Shown piece by piece: positions 1 to 9,990 of a DNA stretch of 64,000 nucleotides. The notes under the pieces were generated by a model. That model saw nothing but the letters and a program-made list of their open reading frames with translations, did no database searches and was not told the DNA's origin. Location: contig JAVKIH010000008.1 of assembly GCA_031459625.1 (NCBI GenBank), forward strand, positions 1-64,000, written 5' to 3'. The first letter of the stretch is position 1. Every line of letters starts with the position of its first letter. The translations under genes and the position numbers were made by a program. This stretch comes from Candidatus Geohabitans tengchongensis (GTDB lineage Bacteria; Sysuimicrobiota; Sysuimicrobiia; Sysuimicrobiales; Humicultoraceae).

Positions 1-938
1 AGGCAGGTGGTGACGTCGAGGAGCCGCCCGTCCGCCGCCGGCATGTAGCGGCGGACGAACGCCTCGCGCAGCGCCTCGACCTCCCGGGGGTCGACCTCGC
101 GGCGGACCGTCTCCGCCGTCGTCGGCGCCCCGGCGGTGACGTGCTCGGCGATCTTCACCCCGCTGTCCCCGAGTTGCGGAAAGCCGTAGTAGAGGCGCTC
201 GCCCACCATCCAGATGTAGATCGGGCAGCGCTCCGGGGCGAAGGCCTCCGGCAGGGCCGCCGGGCGGAACCAGGGCACCACCTGCCGCTGCACGGTGAGC
301 TCGAGCCCCAGCTCGGCCAGCAGGTGCGGCGCCCACGGGCCCGGGGTGAGGACCAGGAGGCCGGCCTCGTAGTCCCCCCGCGCCGTGCGCACGGCCACCC
401 CGGTGGGCCCGGCCGCCCAGGTGAGCACCGGCTCCTCGTGGTGCAGCTCCGCGCCGGCTCGCGCCGCCTCCTGCAGGGCGGCCAGGATGGCTTCCTCGGG
501 GAAGAGCACGCCGGCCCGCGGTTCCAGCACCCCCGCCATCTCGTCGTCCGGCTGGAAGACGGGGAAGCGCCGCCGCACCTCCCTGCCGTCGAGGAGCTCG
601 TGGGCAAGCCCGTGGGTGCGGGCGCTGGCCAGGGCCCCCCGCACCAGCACGCTCTCGGGCCGCCCCAGCATGATGCCGCCGGTGGTCAGGAGGAGGAGGC
701 GGCCGCAGGCGCGCTCCAACTCGGCCCACAGCTCGTAGGCGCGCTGCACCAGCGGGACGTAGGCGGGGTGTTCGAAGTAGGCTTCCCGGATGATGCGCGA
801 GCGGCCGTGAGAGGCGCCGCGGTCGTGAGCGGGCGGGTATCGGTCGAGCCCCAGCACCCGCCGGCCGCGGCGCGCCAGCTGCCAGGCCGCCGCGCTGCCC
901 ATGGCCCCCAAACCCAGGACGATGGCATCGTAGAGCAT
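1..938 (-). CDS. solA: N-methyl-L-tryptophan oxidase / monomeric sarcosine oxidase family (3' end outside window)
   Basis: ATG at 938 reads MLYDAIVLGLGAMGSAAAWQLARRG..GASHGRSRIIREAYFEHPAYVPLV; FAD GxGxxG and SHGxSRIIR motifs. Confidence 0.85.
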   Translation of the reverse strand, partial: MLYDAIVLGLGAMGSAAAWQLARRGRRVLGLDRYPPAHDRGASHGRSRIIREAYFEHPAYVPLVQRAYELWAELERACGRLLLLTTGGIMLGRPESVLVRGALASARTHGLAHELLDGREVRRRFPVFQPDDEMAGVLEPRAGVLFPEEAILAALQEAARAGAELHHEEPVLTWAAGPTGVAVRTARGDYEAGLLVLTPGPWAPHLLAELGLELTVQRQVVPWFRPAALPEAFAPERCPIYIWMVGERLYYGFPQLGDSGVKIAEHVTAGAPTTAETVRREVDPREVEALREAFVRRYMPAADGRLLDVTTC

Positions 939-1144
939 TGTTTCCCTCTTCGGCGGTGGCCAGCGCGGCCCTCTTGTCGACCGGGCCTGCAGGCGTGGAA
1001 TGGTGACGATTCGGGTATACCAGCATGGTAGAATTGCTCGTCAACAGGACGACCGTGGTGCGCCTGCGCCGCCAGGCGCGGGCCTGGGGGTGAGACTGCC
1101 GGTGGCGGGGTGGGCTCCCGGCCATCTCTCCAGGAGGTGAGCGC

Positions 1145-3391
1145 ATGCGCGTCCCGCGGTTGCTCCTTGCCTTCGTGGCCGTCGCGGTCGCGGCGGCGCT
1201 GTCGGTCCTGCCGGTGGTGGCCGGCGGTCCGGCCGCCGACCGTCCCGTCCAGGTGCCCGCCCCGATCGACCCTGAGGCTGCGTTGCGCCAGGCCGCCGCC
1301 TCCGGCGGTCCGGTCAAGGTGGTCGTGCGGCTGAGCGACGCGCCCGTCGCCGCCCGCTTCGGCCCCACGCCACGGCTGGACCTCGCGCGGGGCGACGTGC
1401 AGGCCTACGCCCGCCAGCTGGCGGACCGGCAGCAGGTCGTCCTGAGCCGCATCCAGGCGGTCGCCCCCGGGGCGCGGGTGCTCCAGCGCTTCAGCCTGAC
1501 GCTGAACGGGTTCGCGCTCGTCGTCCCGGGCAGCGCCATCCCCGCCCTGCGACGCGTGCCCGGGGTGGCCGGGGTCACCGTCGCCCGGGAGTTCCGCCCG
1601 GTGATGAACGTCAGCCTGCCGCTCATCAACGCCAGCGCCCTGTGGAACGACCTGGGGGGCGCCCGGCGCGCCGGCGAGGGCATCCGCATCGGCGTCATCG
1701 ACACCGGGATCGACATCCGCAACCCCTGCTTCGGCGACAAGGGGTACCAGGCCCCGGCGGGGTTCCCGCGCACCGACAACCCGGAGAACGCGGCCTTCGT
1801 GAACAACAAGGTCATCGTGGCGCGCGCCTACCCGGCCGAGGGGCCGGACAGCGCGCGCGACACCCACGGCCACGGCAGCCACGTCGCCGGGACGGCGGCG
1901 TGCAACCACCGCACCCGGGCGACCTTCCAGGGGGTGCGCTTCGAGATCAGCGGCGTGGCCCCGCGCGCCTTCCTGGGCAACTACAACGTCTTCCCCAACG
2001 AGGCGGAGTCCGCGAGCGACGAGCAGATCATCGCAGCCATCGAGGACGCCGTGCGCGACGGCATGCACGTCATCAACATGAGCCTGGGGGGCGCGGCCCT
2101 GCCCAACGTCGCCGACCCGCTGGTGGAGGCCACCAACAACGCGGCGCGTGCCGGCGTGGTGCCGGCGGTGGCGGCCGGCAACTCCGGTCCGGGCGCGCAG
2201 ACCATCACCTCGCCGGGGACGGCCCCCGGGGCCATCACGGCCGGCGCCAGCACGAACCCGCACTTCGTCGGCCAGCCGGTCTCGGTCACGGCGCCGGCCA
2301 ACCCGCCCGCCGACCTGCAGAACTTCGGCGGGGCGGCGGGGGACTTCCGGACGTACGACACGCAGACCGAAGCCCTCTACGCCTGGTGGGCCGGGACCAC
2401 CGACAGCCCCGGCACGGCCTGCACGGCCACCGATCCCACACCGGCAGTCTCCGTCAGGGGGAAGATCGCGCTGATCGCCCGTGGGGCGTGCACCTTCACC
2501 GAGAAGATCACCAACGCGCAGAACGCGGGCGCCGTCGGGGTGCTCATCTACAACAACGTCGCCGGCGACCCCGTGGCCATGGGGCACGCCGGGGGTCCGC
2601 TCCCCACGATCCCCGCGCTGATGGTGGCGCGGGACAAGGGGGTGGGGATGCGGGAGTGGTTCCAGAGCCACCAGGACACAGCCGCGGTACGGGTGGACCC
2701 CACCTTCGCGGAGTTCCTCACCCCCAACGCCGACATCATCGCCGGCTTCAGCTCGCGGGGCCCCACACCCTTCGACTTGCACATCAAGCCGGACGTGGCC
2801 GCCCCCGGCGTGAACATCCTCTCGGCGATCAACCAGCCCGCCGGCTTCGCCTTCTTCCAGGGGACGAGCATGGCCACGCCCCACGTCGCCGGGGCGTCGG
2901 CCCTGCTGCGCCAGAAGTTTCCCACCTGGCACGTCGACCAGATCAAGTCCGCCCTGGTGAACACCGGGAAGCGGCCGGTCTTCGACCACGTCCTGGGCAC
3001 CCGGCCCACCGGCGTGATGACCCGCGGCGGCGGGCGCATCGACCTGGCCCGGGCGCGGGACCCGCGGGCCACCGCCCGGCCCGCCCACGTGAACTTCGGC
3101 GTGGTGGCGATCGGGCAGCACGAGGAGGTGGTAACCCTCACCGGCGTCGGCGCGGGCGGGTCGTGGAGCGTGACGGTCACCGGTCCCTTCCGTCCCGACG
3201 GCTCGCCCGCGGCGGGGGTGACGGTGAGCGTCCAGGCAGCGTCCATCACGCTGGCCCCCGGGGCCTTCGCCGACCTGCGCGTCACCGCCCGGGTGGCCAT
3301 CGGGGCCCGCGGGCAGTACGAGGGGGACATCGTGCTCACCGGCACGACCACCCTGCGCATCCCCTACTGGCTCAGCGTCGGCCCGCCGTAG
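1145..3391 (+). CDS. Secreted S8 subtilase (Vpr-like) with I9 propeptide and PA domain
   Basis: Signal peptide; catalytic motifs IDTG, HGSHVAG, GTSMATPHVAG; PA insert RGACTF. Confidence 0.93.
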   Translation: MRVPRLLLAFVAVAVAAALSVLPVVAGGPAADRPVQVPAPIDPEAALRQAAASGGPVKVVVRLSDAPVAARFGPTPRLDLARGDVQAYARQLADRQQVVLSRIQAVAPGARVLQRFSLTLNGFALVVPGSAIPALRRVPGVAGVTVAREFRPVMNVSLPLINASALWNDLGGARRAGEGIRIGVIDTGIDIRNPCFGDKGYQAPAGFPRTDNPENAAFVNNKVIVARAYPAEGPDSARDTHGHGSHVAGTAACNHRTRATFQGVRFEISGVAPRAFLGNYNVFPNEAESASDEQIIAAIEDAVRDGMHVINMSLGGAALPNVADPLVEATNNAARAGVVPAVAAGNSGPGAQTITSPGTAPGAITAGASTNPHFVGQPVSVTAPANPPADLQNFGGAAGDFRTYDTQTEALYAWWAGTTDSPGTACTATDPTPAVSVRGKIALIARGACTFTEKITNAQNAGAVGVLIYNNVAGDPVAMGHAGGPLPTIPALMVARDKGVGMREWFQSHQDTAAVRVDPTFAEFLTPNADIIAGFSSRGPTPFDLHIKPDVAAPGVNILSAINQPAGFAFFQGTSMATPHVAGASALLRQKFPTWHVDQIKSALVNTGKRPVFDHVLGTRPTGVMTRGGGRIDLARARDPRATARPAHVNFGVVAIGQHEEVVTLTGVGAGGSWSVTVTGPFRPDGSPAAGVTVSVQAASITLAPGAFADLRVTARVAIGARGQYEGDIVLTGTTTLRIPYWLSVGPP

Positions 3392-3573
3392 TCAGGCGGC
3401 AGGCGGCGATGACGGAGGGGCCGGCCGCACCGGGGGCCGGCCCCTCATCACTCCTGGCCGGGTCCCCGGCCACTTGGTGCGGCACCCCGCCGCCCCGCCG
3501 ATCCAAGAGGGACCGGCCTCGCCCGGGGCGAAGTGCCGAGCGTTCCTCCACGACATCGCCCCCAGGAGGCCCG

Positions 3574-4254
3574 ATGACGACTCCTCCGGCCCGTCCCTGG
3601 CATGAATTCCGCACACGCATCGCCCTGGCCATCGCTGCCGTCTCGGTGCTCGGCGCCGTGGCCGCCTGGCACGCCGCGGTCACCGCCAGCGCCGCTACGG
3701 ACCTGGACCAGCAGGCGGTGCAGGAGCGGCTGCGCTACGAGCTGCGCCTGCTGGAGCAGGAGGGCATCGTCAACCAGGACCTGCGCTTTGCCGTCCGCTA
3801 CCAGGAGCACCTGAAGGCCTGGCGGCTGCTCCGCCGGGCGGCGGCGGAGGCGCGGGCGACCCCGCCGTTGGCCCGGGCCCTCGACACCCAGGCCCACGCC
3901 GAGCTGGCCCTGGCCCGCGCGCTGCGCCCCTACTTCCGCGGTGCGCAGGTCAGCTTCGGCGACGGCGACGGGACCTTCTCGTACGACCGGGCCTACGTGT
4001 TGCGCCAGAACCTGGCGCACGACAGCGTGCTGGCTGAACTGCGCCCCGACGCGCTCCGCGTCCAGGCGGAGCGCGCCCATCTGCGGGCGTGGTGGCTGGT
4101 CGGCGTCGTCACCCTCTTCGTCGCCGCCCTGGTCCTGCTGACCCTGGCCGAGCTGGGCGGCGCCCGGGTGCGCGGCCTCTTCGCCCGGACCGGGACGGGG
4201 CTGGCCGGCGTGGCGCTCGTCCTCTGGGGCGTGGTGGGGACGGTGACGCGGTGA
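3574..4254 (+). CDS. Hypothetical membrane protein (DUF4337-like architecture)
   Basis: AGGAGG SD; N-terminal TM, helical loop, two C-terminal TMs; GTGA overlap with next gene. Confidence 0.6.
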   Translation: MTTPPARPWHEFRTRIALAIAAVSVLGAVAAWHAAVTASAATDLDQQAVQERLRYELRLLEQEGIVNQDLRFAVRYQEHLKAWRLLRRAAAEARATPPLARALDTQAHAELALARALRPYFRGAQVSFGDGDGTFSYDRAYVLRQNLAHDSVLAELRPDALRVQAERAHLRAWWLVGVVTLFVAALVLLTLAELGGARVRGLFARTGTGLAGVALVLWGVVGTVTR

Positions 4255-6464
4255 GTCGCCCGCCGGACCGCATCGAGCTGCCGGACCCGGACGAGGTGCG
4301 CGAGCCCTTCGCCCGGTTCCTGGCCATCTTCATCGTCGTCACGACCTTCCTCGGCGCCCTGGTCGGCTTCCAGGAGAGCTATGCGGAGATGCGCGCCGAC
4401 CGGGCGGCGGTGGAGGCGCAGGACCTGGGCGTGCGCGCGGTGGGGGAGCTGCTGCGGGCGCAGGACCTGGCCAACGTCCACCTGGAGACCTACGCGCTCG
4501 TGGACGAGCAGCGCGCCCGGGAGGCGAACGCCCGCCTGCAGATGGTCGCGCAGGACGTCACCACCCCGGGCCAGCCGCGTGACACGTTCCTGCGGACGAT
4601 GGCCCGGTCGCGCGCGCTGGCTGCCCGCACGGCGGAGCTGACCGACATCCGCCTGACCGGGCCGGAGGGCCCGCTCCGGGACGCTGCGTTCCCCCACCGG
4701 TTCTTCGTGCAGCGCCTGGCCCGCCGGCACGAGCTGCTGGCGCTCCAGGACGCCGCCAACGAGGAGGACGCGGCCTGGCGCCGTCAGGCCAACACCTACG
4801 CGGCGGCGCTCACGGCCTTCGCCGTGGCCGTCTACCTGGCCGGCCTCTCCCTGACCCTGCGCACCGGCGTGACGCGCCTGCTGGCCGGGGTGGCGGTGGG
4901 GCTCGTCGCCGTGGGGACGGTGCTGGCCGGGCTGGCCGCGGCCGCGCCGCCGCGCCGCGCCCCGGCCGCCGCGGCCCGTGCCTACGCCGAGGGGATGGTG
5001 GGCCACGCCCTGGCCACGACCCCCGCCGCCTACCTGGAGGCACGGGCCCACTTCGACGAGGCCATCCGGCTGCGCCCCACCTTCGCCCGCGCCTACCTGG
5101 ACCGGGCGCGGGCGTCCTTCCGGAGCGGCTCACCGCAGACGATGGGGATGCTGAGCGTCACGGGGCCGAACGAGTTGCGCGCCTCGACAGCCGACCTGCT
5201 GCGGGCCTACGACCTGGGCCTGCGGTCGACCCCGGTCATGCACAACCTGGGGTTCGAGTTCTTCCTCCAGGCCCTCCTCCCCGGGGCCGACCGGGCCGCG
5301 CTGCTGGCGCGCAGCGTGCGCTTCGCGCAGGAGGCGCTGCGCCTGGCGCCCGACGACCCCATCCTCCACTACAACCTGGGCGTCGCACTGCTGGCGGCCG
5401 GGCGCACCGGTGCGGCCGAGGCCGCCTACACCTCGGCGGTGGAGGCCACCCGCGTCCTGCGCGTCCAGGGACCCGACGGTCCGCGCGAGGAGCCGCGCGG
5501 CAGCGGCTACCGCCGCTCCGCCGTGGCGGGAGCACTCACCGACCTGGAGATCCTCCTGCGGGCGCGCCCCGACCTGGGGGTCGAGGTGCGGCGGATGAAG
5601 GAGTTCATCGTGCGCTCGGTGTGGCCGCCCGACGCCGCCGCCCGGGGGGCGGAGGTGCGCGTGGCCGACCTGCGCGTCCACCTCTTCCCCGCCACCCTGC
5701 AGTGGATCGGCCGGCTCGAGGGCTACGATCCGGACCGGGACACGCTCTTCGTGCAGTGGTACCACCTCGATCCCGGTGGGCGGGGCTGGTCGGGGCTGCA
5801 CCGCGTCTCGGGCGCCGTACGCCCTCGCGTCAACCGCCGGGGGGAGTACTTTTGGGAGGTGCACTACCTACCGGCCACCTCGCCGCCTCGCTGTCTGCCA
5901 GCGGGGCGCTACCGGGTGGAACTGTACGGCAACGGCCGTCTGGCCGGGACGGCCGAGGCGGCGGCGGAGGATGCCACTTTCGAGGGGGCGGCCCTGCCCG
6001 ACCTGAACCTGGCCCTCTGTCGCCCGGTGGGGTGGGAGCGCTGGAGACGGTCCACGTTCGGGTTCGCCGGCGGGTACGTGAGCCCGGAGGGGACGCGTGG
6101 GGCGCTGCTCTTCCGCTACCACCCGCCGCTCGCCCTCGCCGCTGGCGCGGGCCAGCCGCAGGTCACCGCGGCGCACGTGGCAGCGACGCTGCGCATCCTC
6201 ACGGCTGCCGGCGTCTTCCCGGCGCAGCCGGCGTTCGTCCGGCCTAGCCGCACTTCTTACTTCCTGGGGATCGGGGCCGTCACCAAGGGGTGGTACGCCT
6301 ACGGGCCCGGGAGCGAGCGGGGCCAAGTCTACGTGGGGGCCGGACTGCACCCCGAAGACGGTGCGGTCCTGGTAGGGCTGGTCTTCGGCCCGGAGGACTA
6401 CTTCCGGACGCCCGAGCCGCTGCGGATCTTCGAGTCCTTCATCGTCCTGGAGTCCTACCGCTAG
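4251..6464 (+). CDS. Membrane protein with DUF4337-like N-terminus, TPR repeats and C-terminal domains of unknown function
   Basis: 3 TMs, then TPR-like segments (AIRLRPTFARAYLDRA; LAPDDPILHYNLGVALL). Confidence 0.65.
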   Translation: MSRPPDRIELPDPDEVREPFARFLAIFIVVTTFLGALVGFQESYAEMRADRAAVEAQDLGVRAVGELLRAQDLANVHLETYALVDEQRAREANARLQMVAQDVTTPGQPRDTFLRTMARSRALAARTAELTDIRLTGPEGPLRDAAFPHRFFVQRLARRHELLALQDAANEEDAAWRRQANTYAAALTAFAVAVYLAGLSLTLRTGVTRLLAGVAVGLVAVGTVLAGLAAAAPPRRAPAAAARAYAEGMVGHALATTPAAYLEARAHFDEAIRLRPTFARAYLDRARASFRSGSPQTMGMLSVTGPNELRASTADLLRAYDLGLRSTPVMHNLGFEFFLQALLPGADRAALLARSVRFAQEALRLAPDDPILHYNLGVALLAAGRTGAAEAAYTSAVEATRVLRVQGPDGPREEPRGSGYRRSAVAGALTDLEILLRARPDLGVEVRRMKEFIVRSVWPPDAAARGAEVRVADLRVHLFPATLQWIGRLEGYDPDRDTLFVQWYHLDPGGRGWSGLHRVSGAVRPRVNRRGEYFWEVHYLPATSPPRCLPAGRYRVELYGNGRLAGTAEAAAEDATFEGAALPDLNLALCRPVGWERWRRSTFGFAGGYVSPEGTRGALLFRYHPPLALAAGAGQPQVTAAHVAATLRILTAAGVFPAQPAFVRPSRTSYFLGIGAVTKGWYAYGPGSERGQVYVGAGLHPEDGAVLVGLVFGPEDYFRTPEPLRIFESFIVLESYR

Positions 6465-6477
6465 CGGGATCGGGCGG

Positions 6478-7854
6478 TCACGGCCCCGGCCGCGCCGGCG
6501 CACCCGCCGCCCGGATGGCGTCGCGGACGATCTCGACGATGCGGTCCACCTGCGCCTCGGTGACCACCAGCGGCGGCGCCAGCAGCAGGGTGTCGCCGAT
6601 GGGGTACTCCCCTGCGCTCCCCACCCGGATGCGCGTGAGCAGCCCCCGCCGGCGGGCTTCCGCCAGCACGCGCGTGCCGTAGCCCAGCGCCGGCGCCTTG
6701 GTGGCCCGGTCGGCGACGAATTCCACCCCGCACATGAGCCCGAGCCCGCGCACCTCCCCCACCGCCTGCAGGTCCGCCAGCGCGCTGCGCAGGCCCTCCA
6801 GCAGGCGGTGGCCCATCACCGCCGCCCGCTCCACCAGGCCCTCCCGCTCGTAGAGCTCCAGCGCCCGCACCCCCACCGCACAGCACGTCGGGTGGGCGGA
6901 GTAGGTGGCGGCGTGCATGAACCGCTCCGCCGGCGGGGCTTCCAGGATCGCCCGGTGAATGGCCCGCGAGACCATCACGCCACCGAGCGGCAGGTACGCG
7001 CTCGTCACCCCCTTGGCGAAGGTGACGAGGTCGGGCTGCACGCCCCAGTGGTCGAGGGCGAACCAGCGCCCCGTGCGGCCGAAGCCGGTGATGATCTCGT
7101 CGGCGATGAGGAGGACCTCGTAGCGGTCGCACACCTGGCGCAGGCGCGGGAAGTAGTCCGGCGGCGGGACGATCACCCCGCCCGCTCCCATGACCGGCTC
7201 GGCGATGACGGCGGCGACGGTCTCCGGCCCCTCGCGCTCGATGGCCTCGGCCACGGCGTCCGCCGCCTGCCCCGGGTGGCGGTAGGGGTAGGGCGGGGTG
7301 ACGTGCACGAAGCCCGGGACGGTGGGGCGGAACATCGTGTGGTAGGCGGGGATGCCGGTGGCCGACATCGCCGCCAGGGTGACGCCGTGGTAGGCGTGCC
7401 AGCGCGCAATGACCTTGGTCTTCTCCGGCCGCCCCCGACGTCGCCAGTAGTAGCGGGCGATCTTGAAGGCGCTCTCGTTGGACTCCGCACCGCCGGTGGT
7501 GAAGTACACCCCGGAGAGGTTGGGGTAGGCCAGGCGGATCAGGCGCCCGGCCAGGCGCGCCGCCGGCGCGTTCGTTAGGCCGACGTAGGCGGAGGCGTAG
7601 GCCAGGCGGCGCATCTGCTCAGAGGCCGCCTCGGCCAGCTCCGGCCGCCCGTGCCCCAGGTTGACGTTCCACAGCGAGGAGAGGCCGTCCAGGTACTCGC
7701 GCCCCTGGGCGTCGCGCAGGACGGCGCCGCTGCCCTCGGTGAGGAGCAGCGGGGCCTCGTGCTCCTGGGGGTGGTGGAGCGGGTGGATCAGGTGGGCCTG
7801 GTCGGCTTCGAGCAGCGCTGCGGCGTCGTGGCTTGTGGCGGTGTCGTCGGGCAT
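6478..7854 (-). CDS. Class III PLP aminotransferase (omega-amino acid/diamine type)
   Basis: LWNVNLGHG, GGAESNE, DEIITGFGRTG, PDLVTFAKG motifs. Confidence 0.93.
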   Translation of the reverse strand: MPDDTATSHDAAALLEADQAHLIHPLHHPQEHEAPLLLTEGSGAVLRDAQGREYLDGLSSLWNVNLGHGRPELAEAASEQMRRLAYASAYVGLTNAPAARLAGRLIRLAYPNLSGVYFTTGGAESNESAFKIARYYWRRRGRPEKTKVIARWHAYHGVTLAAMSATGIPAYHTMFRPTVPGFVHVTPPYPYRHPGQAADAVAEAIEREGPETVAAVIAEPVMGAGGVIVPPPDYFPRLRQVCDRYEVLLIADEIITGFGRTGRWFALDHWGVQPDLVTFAKGVTSAYLPLGGVMVSRAIHRAILEAPPAERFMHAATYSAHPTCCAVGVRALELYEREGLVERAAVMGHRLLEGLRSALADLQAVGEVRGLGLMCGVEFVADRATKAPALGYGTRVLAEARRRGLLTRIRVGSAGEYPIGDTLLLAPPLVVTEAQVDRIVEIVRDAIRAAGAPARPGP

Positions 7855-7939
7855 CGCGACAGGGGTCCTCCTGGGTGGGGATATGTGCGACGAGGAGGAG
7901 TCTTAGGCACACGACCCAGGAAGACCTGCGGAGGCGGGC

Positions 7940-8529
7940 GAAGAGTGCGTACACCGCGGGCGAGGGCGTCCGGAAGAGGAGCGGCGCGAACATCACCCAC
8001 AGCCCCACCAGGGCGTTGGCCCAGGGCGCCCAGCGGCGGCCGGTGAGCGTGAGCACGGCGAGGACGATCACCAGGGCGCCGCTCAGCATGTCGCTCCACG
8101 CCAGGGCCGCGCGCGGGTAGGCCAGGGCGGAGGGGGCGGCGAGCAGCCAGGCGCCCAGGGTCGTCACGGCGACGTGCACCCAGCGCTCGCCCACCACCAT
8201 GCCGGTCATCAGCGGGTCGGGGAGCGCCTGCGGCGAAGGCTGCGGCCCGCGCAGCCGCACGACCTCCCGGTACAGCGCGGCCTCCTGGCGCAGCACCTGC
8301 TCGGGCAGCTCGCGCACCAGCGCCTCGTCCTCCTGCATCGGGCGCATCATGGCGACGTGCCCCCGCGGGTCGGTCTCCATCAGGCGCTGGGCCTCGTCGT
8401 CCCGGGCGAGCTGGCGGGCGAGCTCACGGCGTAGCGCCGGCTCAGGCGCCGGGCGACGGCGTAGCCCAGGTAGCCGCTGCTGCCGGTGACCAGGACCGTG
8501 TCCGGTCTGCCGCGCAGGTCGTTGTCCAC
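7940..8529 (-). pseudogene. Deleted remnant of an NAD-dependent epimerase / SPW-repeat membrane fusion protein
   Basis: GTG 8529 gives ..TVLVTGSSGYLGYAVARRL (Rossmann start), then a frame change into SPW-like TMs (LGAWLLAAP..WSDMLSG..WANALVGLWVMFAPLLF); most of the enzyme is missing. Confidence 0.6.
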
Positions 8530-8781
8530 TGCTCAGGTTCTTACCCGGCCGGAACCACCGAAATGGTGACCCGCATCCCGGCGTCCTCGTGGCCAGGGAC
8601 CGTACAGACCGCCTTGTGCCTTCCCGGCTTCGGTTCGCATTCCACCATCCCGAAGGACGAGTGCGGTGCGCGGGTGCATGGGGCGGAGCGGTATCATGAA
8701 ACCTATCGTAGCATCGTTCGTCGGCAGGACCGAGAGGCCGTTCGTCCCGTGAAGCCTCACTTGTCGTCGGAGGAGGTTACA

Positions 8782-9915
8782 ATGCGCCACCGCTTCGTCA
8801 TCTGCTCCCTCCTCGTGGCCATCCTGATGGCGGCCTGCGCCACCGGGCAGGGCGGGTCAGCGGGCTTCGTGTACGCTCGCTACGCCATCGAGGAGCTGGA
8901 TCTGCCCGACGAAGAGAAGCAGGACATCGTGGCCTGCCCCGCCGACCCGCGCCGTTCGCAGGCGGCCTACCTGGTGACCCGGCGCGGCGAGGTCTACGCC
9001 CTGACCCCAATCCATGCTCAGTGGACGCACACGCTGATCGCGCGGGTGGCGGGGGACCGTGCCCGCATCGCCTGCGGGGACGCCTGGCCGGGCAACGGCC
9101 CGATCCCGGAGCTCTACCTCAGCGCCGGCCGTCGTCTGGTCATGCTCGCTTGGCGCGGGGGATCCTGGCTCTCCCCTCTGGTCCTGCACGAGGCTGCCTC
9201 CCTCGTGCGCGTGAGGGCGGCGGTCGGTGATGTCGACCCGCGATGGCCGGGGAGCGAGGTGTACGTGTCGGCGGGCGGCCTGGTGCAGCTCTCCTGGAAC
9301 GGGCGGACCTGGCGCACCGACACCCTGCCTGGCGCTCCGGGGGACATCGCCGTGGGGGACGCCGACCACGGCCTCACCGGACCGGAACTGTACGTCAGCG
9401 GCCCGGGGCGGACCGACCAGCTCTGGTTCGGCCGCGGATGGGTCCGCCGGCGTATCGCGCCGGTGGGGACGGGAGTGCCCCAGAACGCGATCGTGGTGGG
9501 CGACGCGGACCCAACGTCCCCAGGCCAGGAAGTGGTCCTGAACTGGCACGCGACGGACGTCCGTGGACGTGTCTGGCTCCTGGCCCGTCATCCCGAAGGC
9601 TGGCGCAGCGAGCTGGTCTTCGCGGTCGGCGAGGGGACGCCCTGGACGCTCCACCACCTCCACGCCCTGGCCATCGAGGACTTCGACCCGGCGGTGCCGG
9701 GACGGGAGATCCTCATGGCCTGGAGCCCGGTGACACACCGGCCGGGGCGGATTTCGCTCTTCGCCAGGCGTGGCCAGCGCTGGGAGCACCAGCTGCTCTG
9801 GCAGGACCTCGACGAGGCACACGGGATCGCCATCCTCAGCCTCCCACCTGGGATGCGCCGGGCGCTCGTCGCGGTGGGCCACCCCCGCGACGGGGTCCTG
9901 CTCAGGATCCGGTAG
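8782..9915 (+). CDS. Lipoprotein with FG-GAP-like beta-propeller repeats
   Basis: GGAGG SD; lipobox LMAAC; repeated GD(A/V)DP...PG.E(V/L)(Y/V) motifs. Confidence 0.7.
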   Translation: MRHRFVICSLLVAILMAACATGQGGSAGFVYARYAIEELDLPDEEKQDIVACPADPRRSQAAYLVTRRGEVYALTPIHAQWTHTLIARVAGDRARIACGDAWPGNGPIPELYLSAGRRLVMLAWRGGSWLSPLVLHEAASLVRVRAAVGDVDPRWPGSEVYVSAGGLVQLSWNGRTWRTDTLPGAPGDIAVGDADHGLTGPELYVSGPGRTDQLWFGRGWVRRRIAPVGTGVPQNAIVVGDADPTSPGQEVVLNWHATDVRGRVWLLARHPEGWRSELVFAVGEGTPWTLHHLHALAIEDFDPAVPGREILMAWSPVTHRPGRISLFARRGQRWEHQLLWQDLDEAHGIAILSLPPGMRRALVAVGHPRDGVLLRIR

Positions 9916-9924
9916 CCGAAGGGA

Positions 9925-9990
9925 TCAGCTCAGCCCTGCAGCACCTGCGTCCAGGAGGAGGATGAGCAGCGTCGCAGGCAGGATCCTCAT
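9925..9990 (-). pseudogene. 21-codon signal-peptide-like stub coupled to the TlpA gene (possibly truncated CcmH)
   Basis: ATGA overlap with TlpA stop, SD-like AGGAAAGG, MRILPATLLILLLDAGAAGLS*. Confidence 0.35.
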
